Shown here piece by piece: positions 9,438-17,862 of a stretch of 64,000 nt of DNA. The position numbers and the translations under genes are program-made. How positions within the stretch are numbered: the stretch's first letter is position 1; each line of letters begins with the position of its first letter. The stretch lies in assembly GCA_020722575.1 (NCBI GenBank), contig DYKN01000001.1:130795-194794 (forward strand). Direction: 5' to 3'. Under the pieces are notes generated by a model. That model saw nothing but the letters and a program-made list of their open reading frames with translations, was not told where the DNA came from and did no database searches. Origin of the DNA: Rikenella microfusus (lineage in GTDB: Bacteria; Bacteroidota; Bacteroidia; Bacteroidales; VadinHA17).

Positions 9438-10862
9438 TTACTGACCAACATTACTACCTTTTGCTATTTCTTTTAATAAAGCAAAGCGTGTCTTAAGGTC
9501 TTTTATTCGTTCCTGATATCTTGTCTCGGATATGGAATTATTTATCTCATGAGGGTCTTCGTCAAGATTAAAGTACTCCTCATAATTATAGAAGGGCCAG
9601 TAAATATATTTGTCGTGATGCGTTACAATTGCTTCTGACGAAGGAATACGTTGTTCTGAAGTGATATAAGGATGTTCATAATAGAAATCCTTTCTCCAGT
9701 CGGGAGCTTTCTTGCGAAGATAAAGATTTGAGAAATCTTTTCCCTGCATTATTTCGGGTGCAGGTACGCCTGCAGCAGCAAGAACAAATGGTGCTACATC
9801 AATATTCAGAACAAACTCATTATTTACTAAGTTACGTTTTGATTCTGGAAGTCGGGGATCTACAACTATTAGGGGTACCCTAATTGATTCTTCATACGGA
9901 TACCATTTATCTGCAAGACCATGTTCACCATGAAAATAACCATTGTCACCAATAAAAACAATTAATGTATTTTCATAAACATGTTCTCTTTTGAGTTCAG
10001 CAATTATTTCTCCAACTGCCTGATCGAGTTCGGTTAACATCCTGTAATAGGCTTTCATGTATCTCTGATATTTTTCTGGAGTATCAAAGCGCCAGTGCCA
10101 TCTGATTCTTCCTTCATTTTTCTCATTTGCGATAAACGAAGGAAGTCGTTTGAAATATTCGTCAGAAGCAGTTTCAGGTACTGGAATATTTCTATCGGCA
10201 TAATATTTTTCACTTTCGGGCTGATAAAGGTACTGATCGGGATGATTATCCTGGGCATGTGTTGCAAAAAATCCAACTGTCAAAAGAAAAGGTTTCCCTT
10301 CAGGGCGTTCTCTGAGAAACTGCAAGGCATCCTGCAGGTTTTTTGAAGTTACATGAATTGAATCAGTTTTATTTACTTTTATCCAATGGCGGCCTTCATA
10401 TTCCCTGCTGAAATCAAAACTTCCTTCCCTTATTCTGCCAACTCCGTATTTTCCGGTATAACCAGTCCAGTAGCCTGCTTTCCTTAACAAGGCAGGGTAA
10501 CTAAAAGCAAAAGCATCTTCGCTGAGTTGAACACCAAATTGCCTGATTCCATGACTGCTCATATATCTTCCTGTAAGAATGCTTGCCCTGCTCACCATAC
10601 TGATGGCACTTGTTACAAATGCATTGGAAAATCTTATGCCATCTTTTGCCAGAGCATTGATGTTAGGTGTGATGACAATATTATTTCCTGCACATCCAAG
10701 AGAATTCCACCGCAGGTCGTCGGCTATGAGCAATAAAATATTTGGTTTGTCATTACCGGATTTTCTGGTCTGATGAATACATGATACCGTAGCAAGCGAA
10801 ATACTTCCGGCGAGAATTTTACAGATGTGTTTTTCCTGCAATAACGACTCAGTAAATTTCAT
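9438..10862 (-). CDS. Sulfatase family protein (secreted), Ser-type with atypical maturation motif
   Basis: Has a signal peptide, the metal-site block LLLIADDLR, and the sulfatase signature region AISMVSRASILTGRY (S-x-V-x-R instead of C/S-x-P/A-x-R). Confidence 0.85.
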   Translation of the reverse strand: MKFTESLLQEKHICKILAGSISLATVSCIHQTRKSGNDKPNILLLIADDLRWNSLGCAGNNIVITPNINALAKDGIRFSNAFVTSAISMVSRASILTGRYMSSHGIRQFGVQLSEDAFAFSYPALLRKAGYWTGYTGKYGVGRIREGSFDFSREYEGRHWIKVNKTDSIHVTSKNLQDALQFLRERPEGKPFLLTVGFFATHAQDNHPDQYLYQPESEKYYADRNIPVPETASDEYFKRLPSFIANEKNEGRIRWHWRFDTPEKYQRYMKAYYRMLTELDQAVGEIIAELKREHVYENTLIVFIGDNGYFHGEHGLADKWYPYEESIRVPLIVVDPRLPESKRNLVNNEFVLNIDVAPFVLAAAGVPAPEIMQGKDFSNLYLRKKAPDWRKDFYYEHPYITSEQRIPSSEAIVTHHDKYIYWPFYNYEEYFNLDEDPHEINNSISETRYQERIKDLKTRFALLKEIAKGSNVGQ

Positions 10863-11069
10863 GGTTTTTAAATAATGTCTGGAGTTAAAGTTAGTAATAA
10901 AATAATCATGGAGAAAAGAATAATAATATCATCCCTTTAACAGAAATTACTTGAATTTGGTCAAATGGATATTTAAAAACTGAGGGAATAGATATAAGAT
11001 GGATTGAGTATTAGATTAAGAAAAAAGACAGATTGAGATGATCGCTCTCGCTCTCACTCTCACTCTGTC

Positions 11070-11087
11070 TTTGTTGCTCCGTCAGGG
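11070..11087 (-). repeat. 18-nt duplicate of the 3' end of tRNA-Gln (tttgttgctccgtcaggg)
   Basis: Identical 18-mer at 11070-11087 and 11159-11176. The second copy contains the last 14 nt of the tRNA. Confidence 0.8.
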
Positions 11088-11135
11088 TCTCTGACTATCC
11101 CGAAAACGGGCTGTCAGGACTCCTTTCTCCGCAAC

Positions 11136-11157
11136 AAAAAAACCGCTCACGCGGTTA
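11136..11157 (-). terminator. Intrinsic terminator downstream of tRNA-Gln
   Basis: On the minus strand the sequence reads AACCGC-gtga-GCGGTT followed by T7. On the plus strand it is flanked by an A-run, so it could act in both directions. Confidence 0.7.
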
Positions 11158-11162
11158 TTTTG

Positions 11163-11235
11163 TTGCTCCGTCAGGGCTCGAACCTGAACTTTTCTGATCC
11201 AGAGTCAGACGTGTTGCCAATTACACCACGGAGCA
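11163..11235 (-). tRNA. tRNA-Gln: tRNA-Gln (anticodon CTG)
   Basis: A manual cloverleaf works. Acceptor is TGCTCCG/CGGAGCA, D stem GTGT/ACAC, anticodon stem TCTGA/TCAGA with loop CTCTGGA, and T arm TCAGG-TTCGAGC-CCTGA. Length is 73 nt and CCA is not encoded. Confidence 0.85.
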
Positions 11236-11249
11236 ATATTTTGAGAGTG

Positions 11250-11282
11250 CAAATATAAGCAATTTTGTTCGATGATTACAAA
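11250..11282 (-). promoter_or_regulatory. Candidate Bacteroidota sigma-A promoter for tRNA-Gln
   Basis: The minus strand shows TTTG (11282-11279), a 21-nt spacer, then TATATTTG (11257-11250). This sits 15 nt upstream of the tRNA 5' end. Confidence 0.5.
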
Positions 11283-11412
11283 ATCATAAACGGAAGTGAA
11301 TGGGATTTTAAAAAAGCGAATAAATGAATAATTAACATTTATTTCACAGGCTAAGGGGATGTCCTGCAGGTTATATTTTTGAATCTTGTTTAAGAAAAGG
11401 CTTTTAACCTTG

Positions 11413-13119
11413 TTACTTTTTAATTTTGTTCCATGTATCTTTCAGTTCCACGGTCCGATTGAATATAAGGTTTAACTCTGTTGACGCAGGATCAACACAA
11501 AAATATCCAACTCTCTGGAACTGGAATTTATCGAGTGGTTTTGCATTTTTAAGTAACGGTTCCAATTTACAGTTTTTCAGAATTTTAAGGGAATCGGGGT
11601 TAAGAAATTCCTTGAAATCTCTTTCTTTCTGCCCCATAGGGTCTTCATGAATAAATAAGCGGTCATATAGACGAACTTCTGCGTTGATAGAATGAGTTGC
11701 TGATACCCAATGAAGTGTAGTTTTCGTTTTACGATTGGCCGATGAGCCTCCACTGCGCGTATTTGGGTCATAAGTGCAATAGATTTCTTCAATTTCGCCC
11801 GTAGCTTTGTTTTTTTTGAAGTCATGGCATTTAATAATATATGCTCCTTTCAGCCTTACTTCGTTACCCGGGTATAATCTGAAAAATTTAGGAGGGGGTG
11901 TTTCCATGAAATCTTCCCGTTCAATATAGAGTTCTCTTGAAAAAGGTACTTTCCGGGTTCCCATACTTTCGTCTTCTGGATTATTTACCAGTTCTACCTC
12001 TTCAGTGACATTTTCAGGATAATTTGTTATAATAACTCTGACAGGGTCTAGAACTCCGAAAACTCTCGGGGCTCTGAGGTTAAGATCTTCCCTAATGGCA
12101 TATTCGAGGAGGGAAATGTCATTAATTGCATCAAATTTTGTATATCCTATCAGGTCAATAAATTTTCTGATTGATTCCGGTGTATAACCTCTTCTTCGGA
12201 GTCCGCAAAGTGTTGGCATTCTAGGGTCATCCCAGCCCGATACATAACCGCCCTGCACAAGTTCGAGAAGTTTTCTCTTACTCATTACAGTGTAAGTAAG
12301 GTTCAGGCGATTGAATTCAATTTGTCGGGGACGATATTCTCCAGTTTTAAGCTGGTCAATAAACCAGTCGTAAAGAGGTCGGTGAACTTCGAATTCGAGA
12401 GTGCAGAGAGAGTGTGTGACACCCTCGAAATAGTCGCACTGACCATGAGCAAAGTCGTATAAAGGATAAACATTCCACTTCGTTCCCGTACGGTGATGGG
12501 GGGTTTTAAGTATTCTGTATATAACAGGATCGCGCATAAGCATGTTGGGAGAAGACATGTCAATTTTTGCCCTGAGCACACGGCTCCCTTCATCAAATTC
12601 TCCCCTATTCATTCTTTCAAACAAATCGAGGTTCTCTTCCACCGACCTGTTACGGAAGGGGCTTTCTATCCCCTGACTGTTAGGAGTGCCTCTCTGTTCA
12701 GAGATAACTTCTGCAGGCTGGTCATCAACATAGGCTAGTCCTCGACGGATCAGATCCAGTGCAAATTCATAGAGCCTATCAAAATAATCCGATGCGTAAT
12801 ATTCCCTGTCGCCCCAGTCAAACCCAAGCCATCTAATATCTTCTTTTATAGAATCAATATATTCGACATCTTCAGCTTCAGGATTTGTATCATCAAACCT
12901 GAGATTACAAACTCCTCCGTATTTTTCAGCCATACCAAAATCAAGACAGATCGCCTTTGCATGACCTATATGAAGATAGCCGTTTGGTTCAGGAGGAAAA
13001 CGGGTTATAATCTTACCATTATTTTTGCCCTCTTTCAGGTCATCAATTATAATTTGTTCAATAAAACTTATAGCAGGACGTGACTCCTTTTCTGAATTAT
13101 TTTTTGTCTTCTCACTCAT
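11413..13119 (-). CDS. glnS: Glutamine--tRNA ligase
   Basis: 568 aa. Carries the HIGH motif ([10 protein letters not shown]), the KMSKS variant VMSKRK, and class-I GlnRS blocks such as RFDDTNP. Confidence 0.95.
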   Translation of the reverse strand: MSEKTKNNSEKESRPAISFIEQIIIDDLKEGKNNGKIITRFPPEPNGYLHIGHAKAICLDFGMAEKYGGVCNLRFDDTNPEAEDVEYIDSIKEDIRWLGFDWGDREYYASDYFDRLYEFALDLIRRGLAYVDDQPAEVISEQRGTPNSQGIESPFRNRSVEENLDLFERMNRGEFDEGSRVLRAKIDMSSPNMLMRDPVIYRILKTPHHRTGTKWNVYPLYDFAHGQCDYFEGVTHSLCTLEFEVHRPLYDWFIDQLKTGEYRPRQIEFNRLNLTYTVMSKRKLLELVQGGYVSGWDDPRMPTLCGLRRRGYTPESIRKFIDLIGYTKFDAINDISLLEYAIREDLNLRAPRVFGVLDPVRVIITNYPENVTEEVELVNNPEDESMGTRKVPFSRELYIEREDFMETPPPKFFRLYPGNEVRLKGAYIIKCHDFKKNKATGEIEEIYCTYDPNTRSGGSSANRKTKTTLHWVSATHSINAEVRLYDRLFIHEDPMGQKERDFKEFLNPDSLKILKNCKLEPLLKNAKPLDKFQFQRVGYFCVDPASTELNLIFNRTVELKDTWNKIKK

Positions 13120-13197
13120 CTGCAGTTTTTTAAGAAACTACAAAAATAGAACAAAAATCAGTATTAACACAATCTGCAAAGATTTAGCAGATAAGTG

Positions 13198-13491
13198 CTA
13201 CTGTTGAATATTAAGATAATCCTTGATTGTTTTTACATATTCCTCAAATTTCTGACGTCCCAGCGGAGTTAATTTACAAATTGTCTGGGGATAATTTCCC
13301 CGGAATTTTTTAACCACTTCAATATAACCAGCATCTTTGAGCCTGGTTATCTGAACGCTTAAATTACCTGCAGTTGCCCCTGTTTGCTCCTGAATAAAGG
13401 TAAATTCTGCAAATTCAACTCCTGCCAGCAGGGAGACAACAGCCAGCCTTAGCTGCGAATGCAAAACTGGATCAAGCTCTTTGTATTTCAT
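13198..13491 (-). CDS. Winged-helix transcriptional regulator (HTH_45-like)
   Basis: 97 aa. The pattern LHSQLRLAVVSLL....GNLSVQITRLKDAGYIEV is typical of small wHTH regulators. It overlaps the upstream membrane-protein gene by 20 nt. Confidence 0.7.
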   Translation of the reverse strand: MKYKELDPVLHSQLRLAVVSLLAGVEFAEFTFIQEQTGATAGNLSVQITRLKDAGYIEVVKKFRGNYPQTICKLTPLGRQKFEEYVKTIKDYLNIQQ

Positions 13492-14068
13492 TGTTTACCG
13501 ATTTCCTTCTTAATAAATGACCGGGTATAATATAACCGGTAAGCAGTGCAAAAGGCATTGCCAGATATGTAATGTCGCCTTTTGCAAAGTGCGCAATAAG
13601 TGCCATAATCCAGAAAATTATTCCGCCTAAAACAAGAGGTCTGAATTTTATAATGATACCCGAAATAAAAGTAGGTATCCCTGCAAGAACAAGTATTATT
13701 GGAGGGAATGATTCTATATTTCTTGCAGTAATTATAAACAATGCAACCGCTGCAAAAAAGAAAGAAAACCATGTCCACATATAGACCTTGGAGGCATAAG
13801 AGTAAAATCTGAGTCTGCGGCTGGTCAGATACCCGTAAATCATTGATACAAGTACTCCTGGTATTACTAGAAACCACACATACCACGGAGTGGGAAAGTT
13901 AGTGAATTTGTATAACAGGTATTCTGATAAACTGCACGCTATCAGGAGCCATCCCCAGAAAAGAAGATGAAAGCTCGCCTGCCTGATATCGCCTTTTGTT
14001 TTGTTGATCATTTCAGTGATGATGCGAAGACTCTCTTCACCTGTCATCATTTTTTCTTCATTTTCCAT
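13472..14068 (-). CDS. Membrane protein of unknown function (about 5 TM), co-operonic with the wHTH regulator
   Basis: 198 aa with several hydrophobic helices. It is translationally coupled to 13198-13491. Confidence 0.6.
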   Translation of the reverse strand: MENEEKMMTGEESLRIITEMINKTKGDIRQASFHLLFWGWLLIACSLSEYLLYKFTNFPTPWYVWFLVIPGVLVSMIYGYLTSRRLRFYSYASKVYMWTWFSFFFAAVALFIITARNIESFPPIILVLAGIPTFISGIIIKFRPLVLGGIIFWIMALIAHFAKGDITYLAMPFALLTGYIIPGHLLRRKSVNNEIQRA

Positions 14069-14224
14069 AATTTAAGTAAATTTATCTGGTTGATTGAAAT
14101 AAGAATAAACATATTGCAATTATAAAGTAGTTTATATTATAAACCAAATTTTTTTATAGTTTTTTGAAAAAATTACTGTTACAGGACAAAAATATAAGAA
14201 GTTTAATTTGATAGACAGGCAGTT

Positions 14225-14584
14225 ATGGGACTACTACAGATAGAAGGAATGGAATTTTACTCTTTTCATGGGCATTATCCTGAGGAACAGATAGTCGGGA
14301 GCAGGTTTATTGTCGACCTTACTATTGAGGTTGATATGAACAAAGCGGCGATTAGTGACAATCTGAAAGATGCTGTTGATTATCAGAGGGCGTATGAAAT
14401 TGTCAGGAAGCAGATGGACATTAAATCTTATTTGTTAGAGAACATTGCCGGAAGGATACTTGATGCCCTTTTTACTGAGCTGGATGGAGTAATAAGTGTA
14501 ACTGTGAAAGTTTCGAAGCTTAATCCGCCTCTTGGGGGGAAGACAGGTGCCGTAAGTGTTGTTATGAGCAGGAGGAAGGGATAG
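14225..14584 (+). CDS. folB: Dihydroneopterin aldolase
   Basis: 119 aa. Has the FolB pattern GMEFYSFHGHYPEEQIVGSRFIVDL and the C-terminal block VKVSKLNPP. Confidence 0.85.
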   Translation: MGLLQIEGMEFYSFHGHYPEEQIVGSRFIVDLTIEVDMNKAAISDNLKDAVDYQRAYEIVRKQMDIKSYLLENIAGRILDALFTELDGVISVTVKVSKLNPPLGGKTGAVSVVMSRRKG

Positions 14585-14654
14585 TAAAGGCAGGCGTGTT
14601 AATATTATATAAATATCAGAATAAACTGATTACCTTTGCACTAAAATTTCCAGT

Positions 14655-15239
14655 ATGCATGTTAATTTTCTCGAGATTGTAGCAGCTTTCATGGTGCTTT
14701 TTGCTATTATTGATATTCCCGGGTCCATTCCCATTATACTCGATATCAAATCCCGCACTGGAGACATTGAGCCTCTCAAAGCTACTCTGGCTGCAAGTTT
14801 TATTTTTTTTGCATTCCTCTTTATTGGAAGTCCACTGCTTGGTGTTTTCGGAATAGATGTTTCATCGTTTGCCATTGCCGGGTCATTTATTATTTTCCTT
14901 ATTGGTATGGAAATGGTGCTTGGCATAGAGATATTCAGGTATTATTCCAAAGGTGGGGGGTCAATTGTCCCCATTGCATTTCCGCTTATTGCAGGTGCCG
15001 GCTCCATCACCACCATTCTTTCAATTAAGGCTGAATACCAAACAATAAACATATTTATTGCTCTTGTACTTAATATGATTATTGTTTATCTGGTATTAAG
15101 ACTAACTTCAAAGTTTGAAAAAATCCTCGGTCCAAGCGGCCTCTTGATTTTAAAGAAATTTTTTGGAGTGATTCTTCTTGCTATTGCGGTCAGGCTTTTT
15201 TTAACAAATACAGGAATAGTTTTGCCAAATGCAAGATGA
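14655..15239 (+). CDS. MarC family (UPF0056) integral membrane protein
   Basis: 194 aa with six hydrophobic segments. Shows the MarC-like blocks FAIIDIPGSIPI and PLIAGAGSITT. Confidence 0.8.
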   Translation: MHVNFLEIVAAFMVLFAIIDIPGSIPIILDIKSRTGDIEPLKATLAASFIFFAFLFIGSPLLGVFGIDVSSFAIAGSFIIFLIGMEMVLGIEIFRYYSKGGGSIVPIAFPLIAGAGSITTILSIKAEYQTINIFIALVLNMIIVYLVLRLTSKFEKILGPSGLLILKKFFGVILLAIAVRLFLTNTGIVLPNAR

Positions 15240-15708
15240 GATTCAGATATATACTGATGGTGCTGCAAGTGGTAATCCCGGGCCAGGAGGTTATGCTGTA
15301 ATATTGAAATACGGTCCTCATCGCAAGGAATTGTCGGCCGGTTTTCGGCTCACCACAAATAACAGAATGGAACTGATGGCAGTAATAGCCGGCCTTGAGG
15401 CATTAAAAAAACCCGGGTGCAATGTGGTTGTCTTTACCGACTCAAAATATGTAGCTGATGCCGTTGAGAAAAGATGGGTTTTTCTCTGGGAGAAAAGGCA
15501 ATTCAGAAAAAAGAAAAACCGCGATCTATGGATCAGATTTCTGGAACTTTACAGGAAACATAACGTTAGGTTTGTATGGATAAAGGGACATGATTCAAAC
15601 CCTGAAAACGAAAAATGCGACCGTATGGCTGTTGAAGCTTCAAAAAGAGCTAATCTTGCTGAAGATATCGGATATAATCCTGGCGATGAAAAACTGCTTG
15701 AGATCTGA
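15229..15708 (+). CDS. rnhA: Ribonuclease HI
   Basis: Has IYTDGAASGNPGPGGYAVIL, NNRMEL, TDSKYV and KGHDSNPENEKCDRMA, covering the DEDD catalytic residues. Confidence 0.95.
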   Translation: MQDEIQIYTDGAASGNPGPGGYAVILKYGPHRKELSAGFRLTTNNRMELMAVIAGLEALKKPGCNVVVFTDSKYVADAVEKRWVFLWEKRQFRKKKNRDLWIRFLELYRKHNVRFVWIKGHDSNPENEKCDRMAVEASKRANLAEDIGYNPGDEKLLEI

Positions 15709-15970
15709 AATAAATTATTATATATATTATTCGGAGTAAAAGTCAGATTTATTGATACTCTTTTTCAGAATAAGAATTACACAATTACCCGTTCTTCACT
15801 TTAGCTAAAGTTTCGATTGACAAGTCTGTCTCTGTTATCGCTTCAGCAATCATGGCGCAGTGCGGAGAAGCTATATTATTTAAAAATGGCGATGGATATA
15901 TTGTCAACTAATAATGAAAAATATCTATATTTGAATTTGTCTGAAAGTTAATTTGCAAATTTGATTTGAA

Positions 15971-16375
15971 ATGGAACTTTATATAGCCCCTAAAAACAAT
16001 TCTCCGGAAATAATCTTTTCACCTGATGAAAACATATTCAGAATATCAGGTATATCGTTGCCCGAAGATGTGAAATCGTTTTATTCTCCTGTAATGGAAT
16101 GGCTTGAGATATTTGTAAATGATGTTCTTGATGGGGAGTATAAATTCAGTAATAACAATCCGTTGAAGTTTGTTTTTTGCCTTCAATATTTTAATTCTTC
16201 TTCGGCAAAGTTCATTTTCGATATAATTACTGAATTGAAAAAATTGATTGAAGACAATATAGCTGTCATTATTGAATGGCAGTATGAGAAAGGGGATCCG
16301 GACCAGAAGGAAGCAGGTGAAGAGATTTCGGAACTTGCGGGTGTTAATTTCAGTTTTACGGAAATTAATAGTTAG
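15971..16375 (+). CDS. DUF1987 (SiaC-like) domain protein
   Basis: 134 aa. N-terminus reads SPEIIFSPDENIFRISGISLPEDVKSFYSPVMEWL and FNSSSAKFIFDI lies downstream, both typical of DUF1987. Confidence 0.7.
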   Translation: MELYIAPKNNSPEIIFSPDENIFRISGISLPEDVKSFYSPVMEWLEIFVNDVLDGEYKFSNNNPLKFVFCLQYFNSSSAKFIFDIITELKKLIEDNIAVIIEWQYEKGDPDQKEAGEEISELAGVNFSFTEINS

Positions 16376-16378
16376 GAT

Positions 16379-16873
16379 ATGCAGGGGCAGAAAGAACTTT
16401 ATTTCCTTCTTGAAAAACTTAAAATACCGTTTGAATACTATGAGCATCCTCCGGTTGCAACGATTAAAGATGCGGATATTTACTGGAAGGATATTAAGTC
16501 GGGGAAATGCAAAAATATTTTTTTTCGCAATCACAGGGGCAACAGGCATTATCTCGTAATACTTGAACACAGGCGGCAGCTTGACATACATGATCTGGAG
16601 AAGCGTCTCAGGCAGGGCAAACTTACTTTTGCATCCGACAGCAGACTCAGGAAATATCTGGGGGTAGAACCCGGGTCTGTGTCACCTTTTGGATTAATTA
16701 ATGATGAAACCCGTCATGTTCATGTATTTATTGATGAAAAGCTTAATGAATTTGAAAAGCTTGCCTTTCATCCGAATGTAAATACTGCCACTATTGTAAT
16801 ACAAAGGGTTGATTTGATCAAATTTATCAAGTACATGGGGAACGCTTACGAGTTCATAAGAATGTATGACTGA
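16379..16873 (+). CDS. Prolyl-tRNA synthetase-associated (YbaK/ProX-like) trans-editing domain protein
   Basis: 164 aa. Shows the YbaK/ProX-like pattern YEHPPVATI...CKNIFFRNHRG. Confidence 0.7.
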   Translation: MQGQKELYFLLEKLKIPFEYYEHPPVATIKDADIYWKDIKSGKCKNIFFRNHRGNRHYLVILEHRRQLDIHDLEKRLRQGKLTFASDSRLRKYLGVEPGSVSPFGLINDETRHVHVFIDEKLNEFEKLAFHPNVNTATIVIQRVDLIKFIKYMGNAYEFIRMYD

Positions 16874-16891
16874 ATTCAGATTCTTTTAGTG

Positions 16892-17698
16892 CTATGCTCC
16901 TTTATATACAGGTTGTTTCCATGGTTCAGGAGGGTCATATTTACTCATACATGCCCATCTGATGCCTCTTTTCTGGATTTCCAGTGCCTGCGGAACTTTA
17001 AAATCAGCTGCAACATGTCCCAGTGAAGAGTAGAATACTCTTCCGTTTCCGTACATTTTTTTCCATGTGACAGGCATTACGGTTCCTCCTATCCATGAAG
17101 CATATTTATCGCTAAAGGTAGTTGTTGCCAGAACCTTAACGTTGGGGTCGACGTGCATATAATACTGTTCGGAATGCATGTCAAAGTCGGTTAGACCGGC
17201 AGTAACCGGATCGTTTTTATCGATAATATTTACCCTGTAGTCAATTACTCCTCCCGGATGAGCCACCCACTGGCCTCCTACCATAAACTGATATTCAGTA
17301 TTGTTACGAAACGAATCGCCGAGTCCGCCGTGCCAACCTGCAATGCCCACACCACTTTTCACAGCTTCGAGCAAAGACTTCTCCTGTGCTCCGGTAATCT
17401 GCCCCATAGTCCAGACCTGAACAATCAGATCAAGCTCTTTCAAGTTCATCTTTACATAAGAGTCAAGAGTGTCGGATACAGTTACGATTGCACCTTCCGA
17501 TTCCATCCATGGAACAAAAATATCCATGCATTTGTCAGGTTCATGTCCCATCCATCCACCCCAGATAAAAAGAACCTTCTTGCCCTGAAGAGGAGATTGT
17601 GAATTTATTTTCAGAACAGGATTGTAAATGCTGTGAGTTACTGCTGCGGCTGCCGCCATAACAGCACCTTTGTGGATAAACGAACGTCGTGTTGTCAT
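16892..17698 (-). CDS. ThuA domain protein with twin-arginine signal
   Basis: Has the Tat motif [18 protein letters not shown] and the ThuA-like blocks GWHGG and YSSLGH. Confidence 0.75.
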   Translation of the reverse strand: MTTRRSFIHKGAVMAAAAAVTHSIYNPVLKINSQSPLQGKKVLFIWGGWMGHEPDKCMDIFVPWMESEGAIVTVSDTLDSYVKMNLKELDLIVQVWTMGQITGAQEKSLLEAVKSGVGIAGWHGGLGDSFRNNTEYQFMVGGQWVAHPGGVIDYRVNIIDKNDPVTAGLTDFDMHSEQYYMHVDPNVKVLATTTFSDKYASWIGGTVMPVTWKKMYGNGRVFYSSLGHVAADFKVPQALEIQKRGIRWACMSKYDPPEPWKQPVYKGA

Positions 17699-17862
17699 GT
17701 CAGGTTGTTTTCTGGCTAAGATAATAAATATTTAAAACTATACAGACCTATGTTAAATAATTATAATATATTGATTATTTGGGTTAAACTGTTACAATTT
17801 CAAATTAAATAATTTCTTTTTGCAACAAAAAAGTTACTGGTTCGTCTTTATGTTAAAATTTA

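Noticed and set aside
11044-11068. CT-rich tract gctctcgctctcactctcactctgtc, a possible microsatellite or CRISPR-like repeat.
   Set aside because: It is short and imperfect with no spacer-repeat periodicity. It is better explained as one arm or the loop of the hairpin described at 11026-11070. No CRISPR array was seen anywhere in the window.
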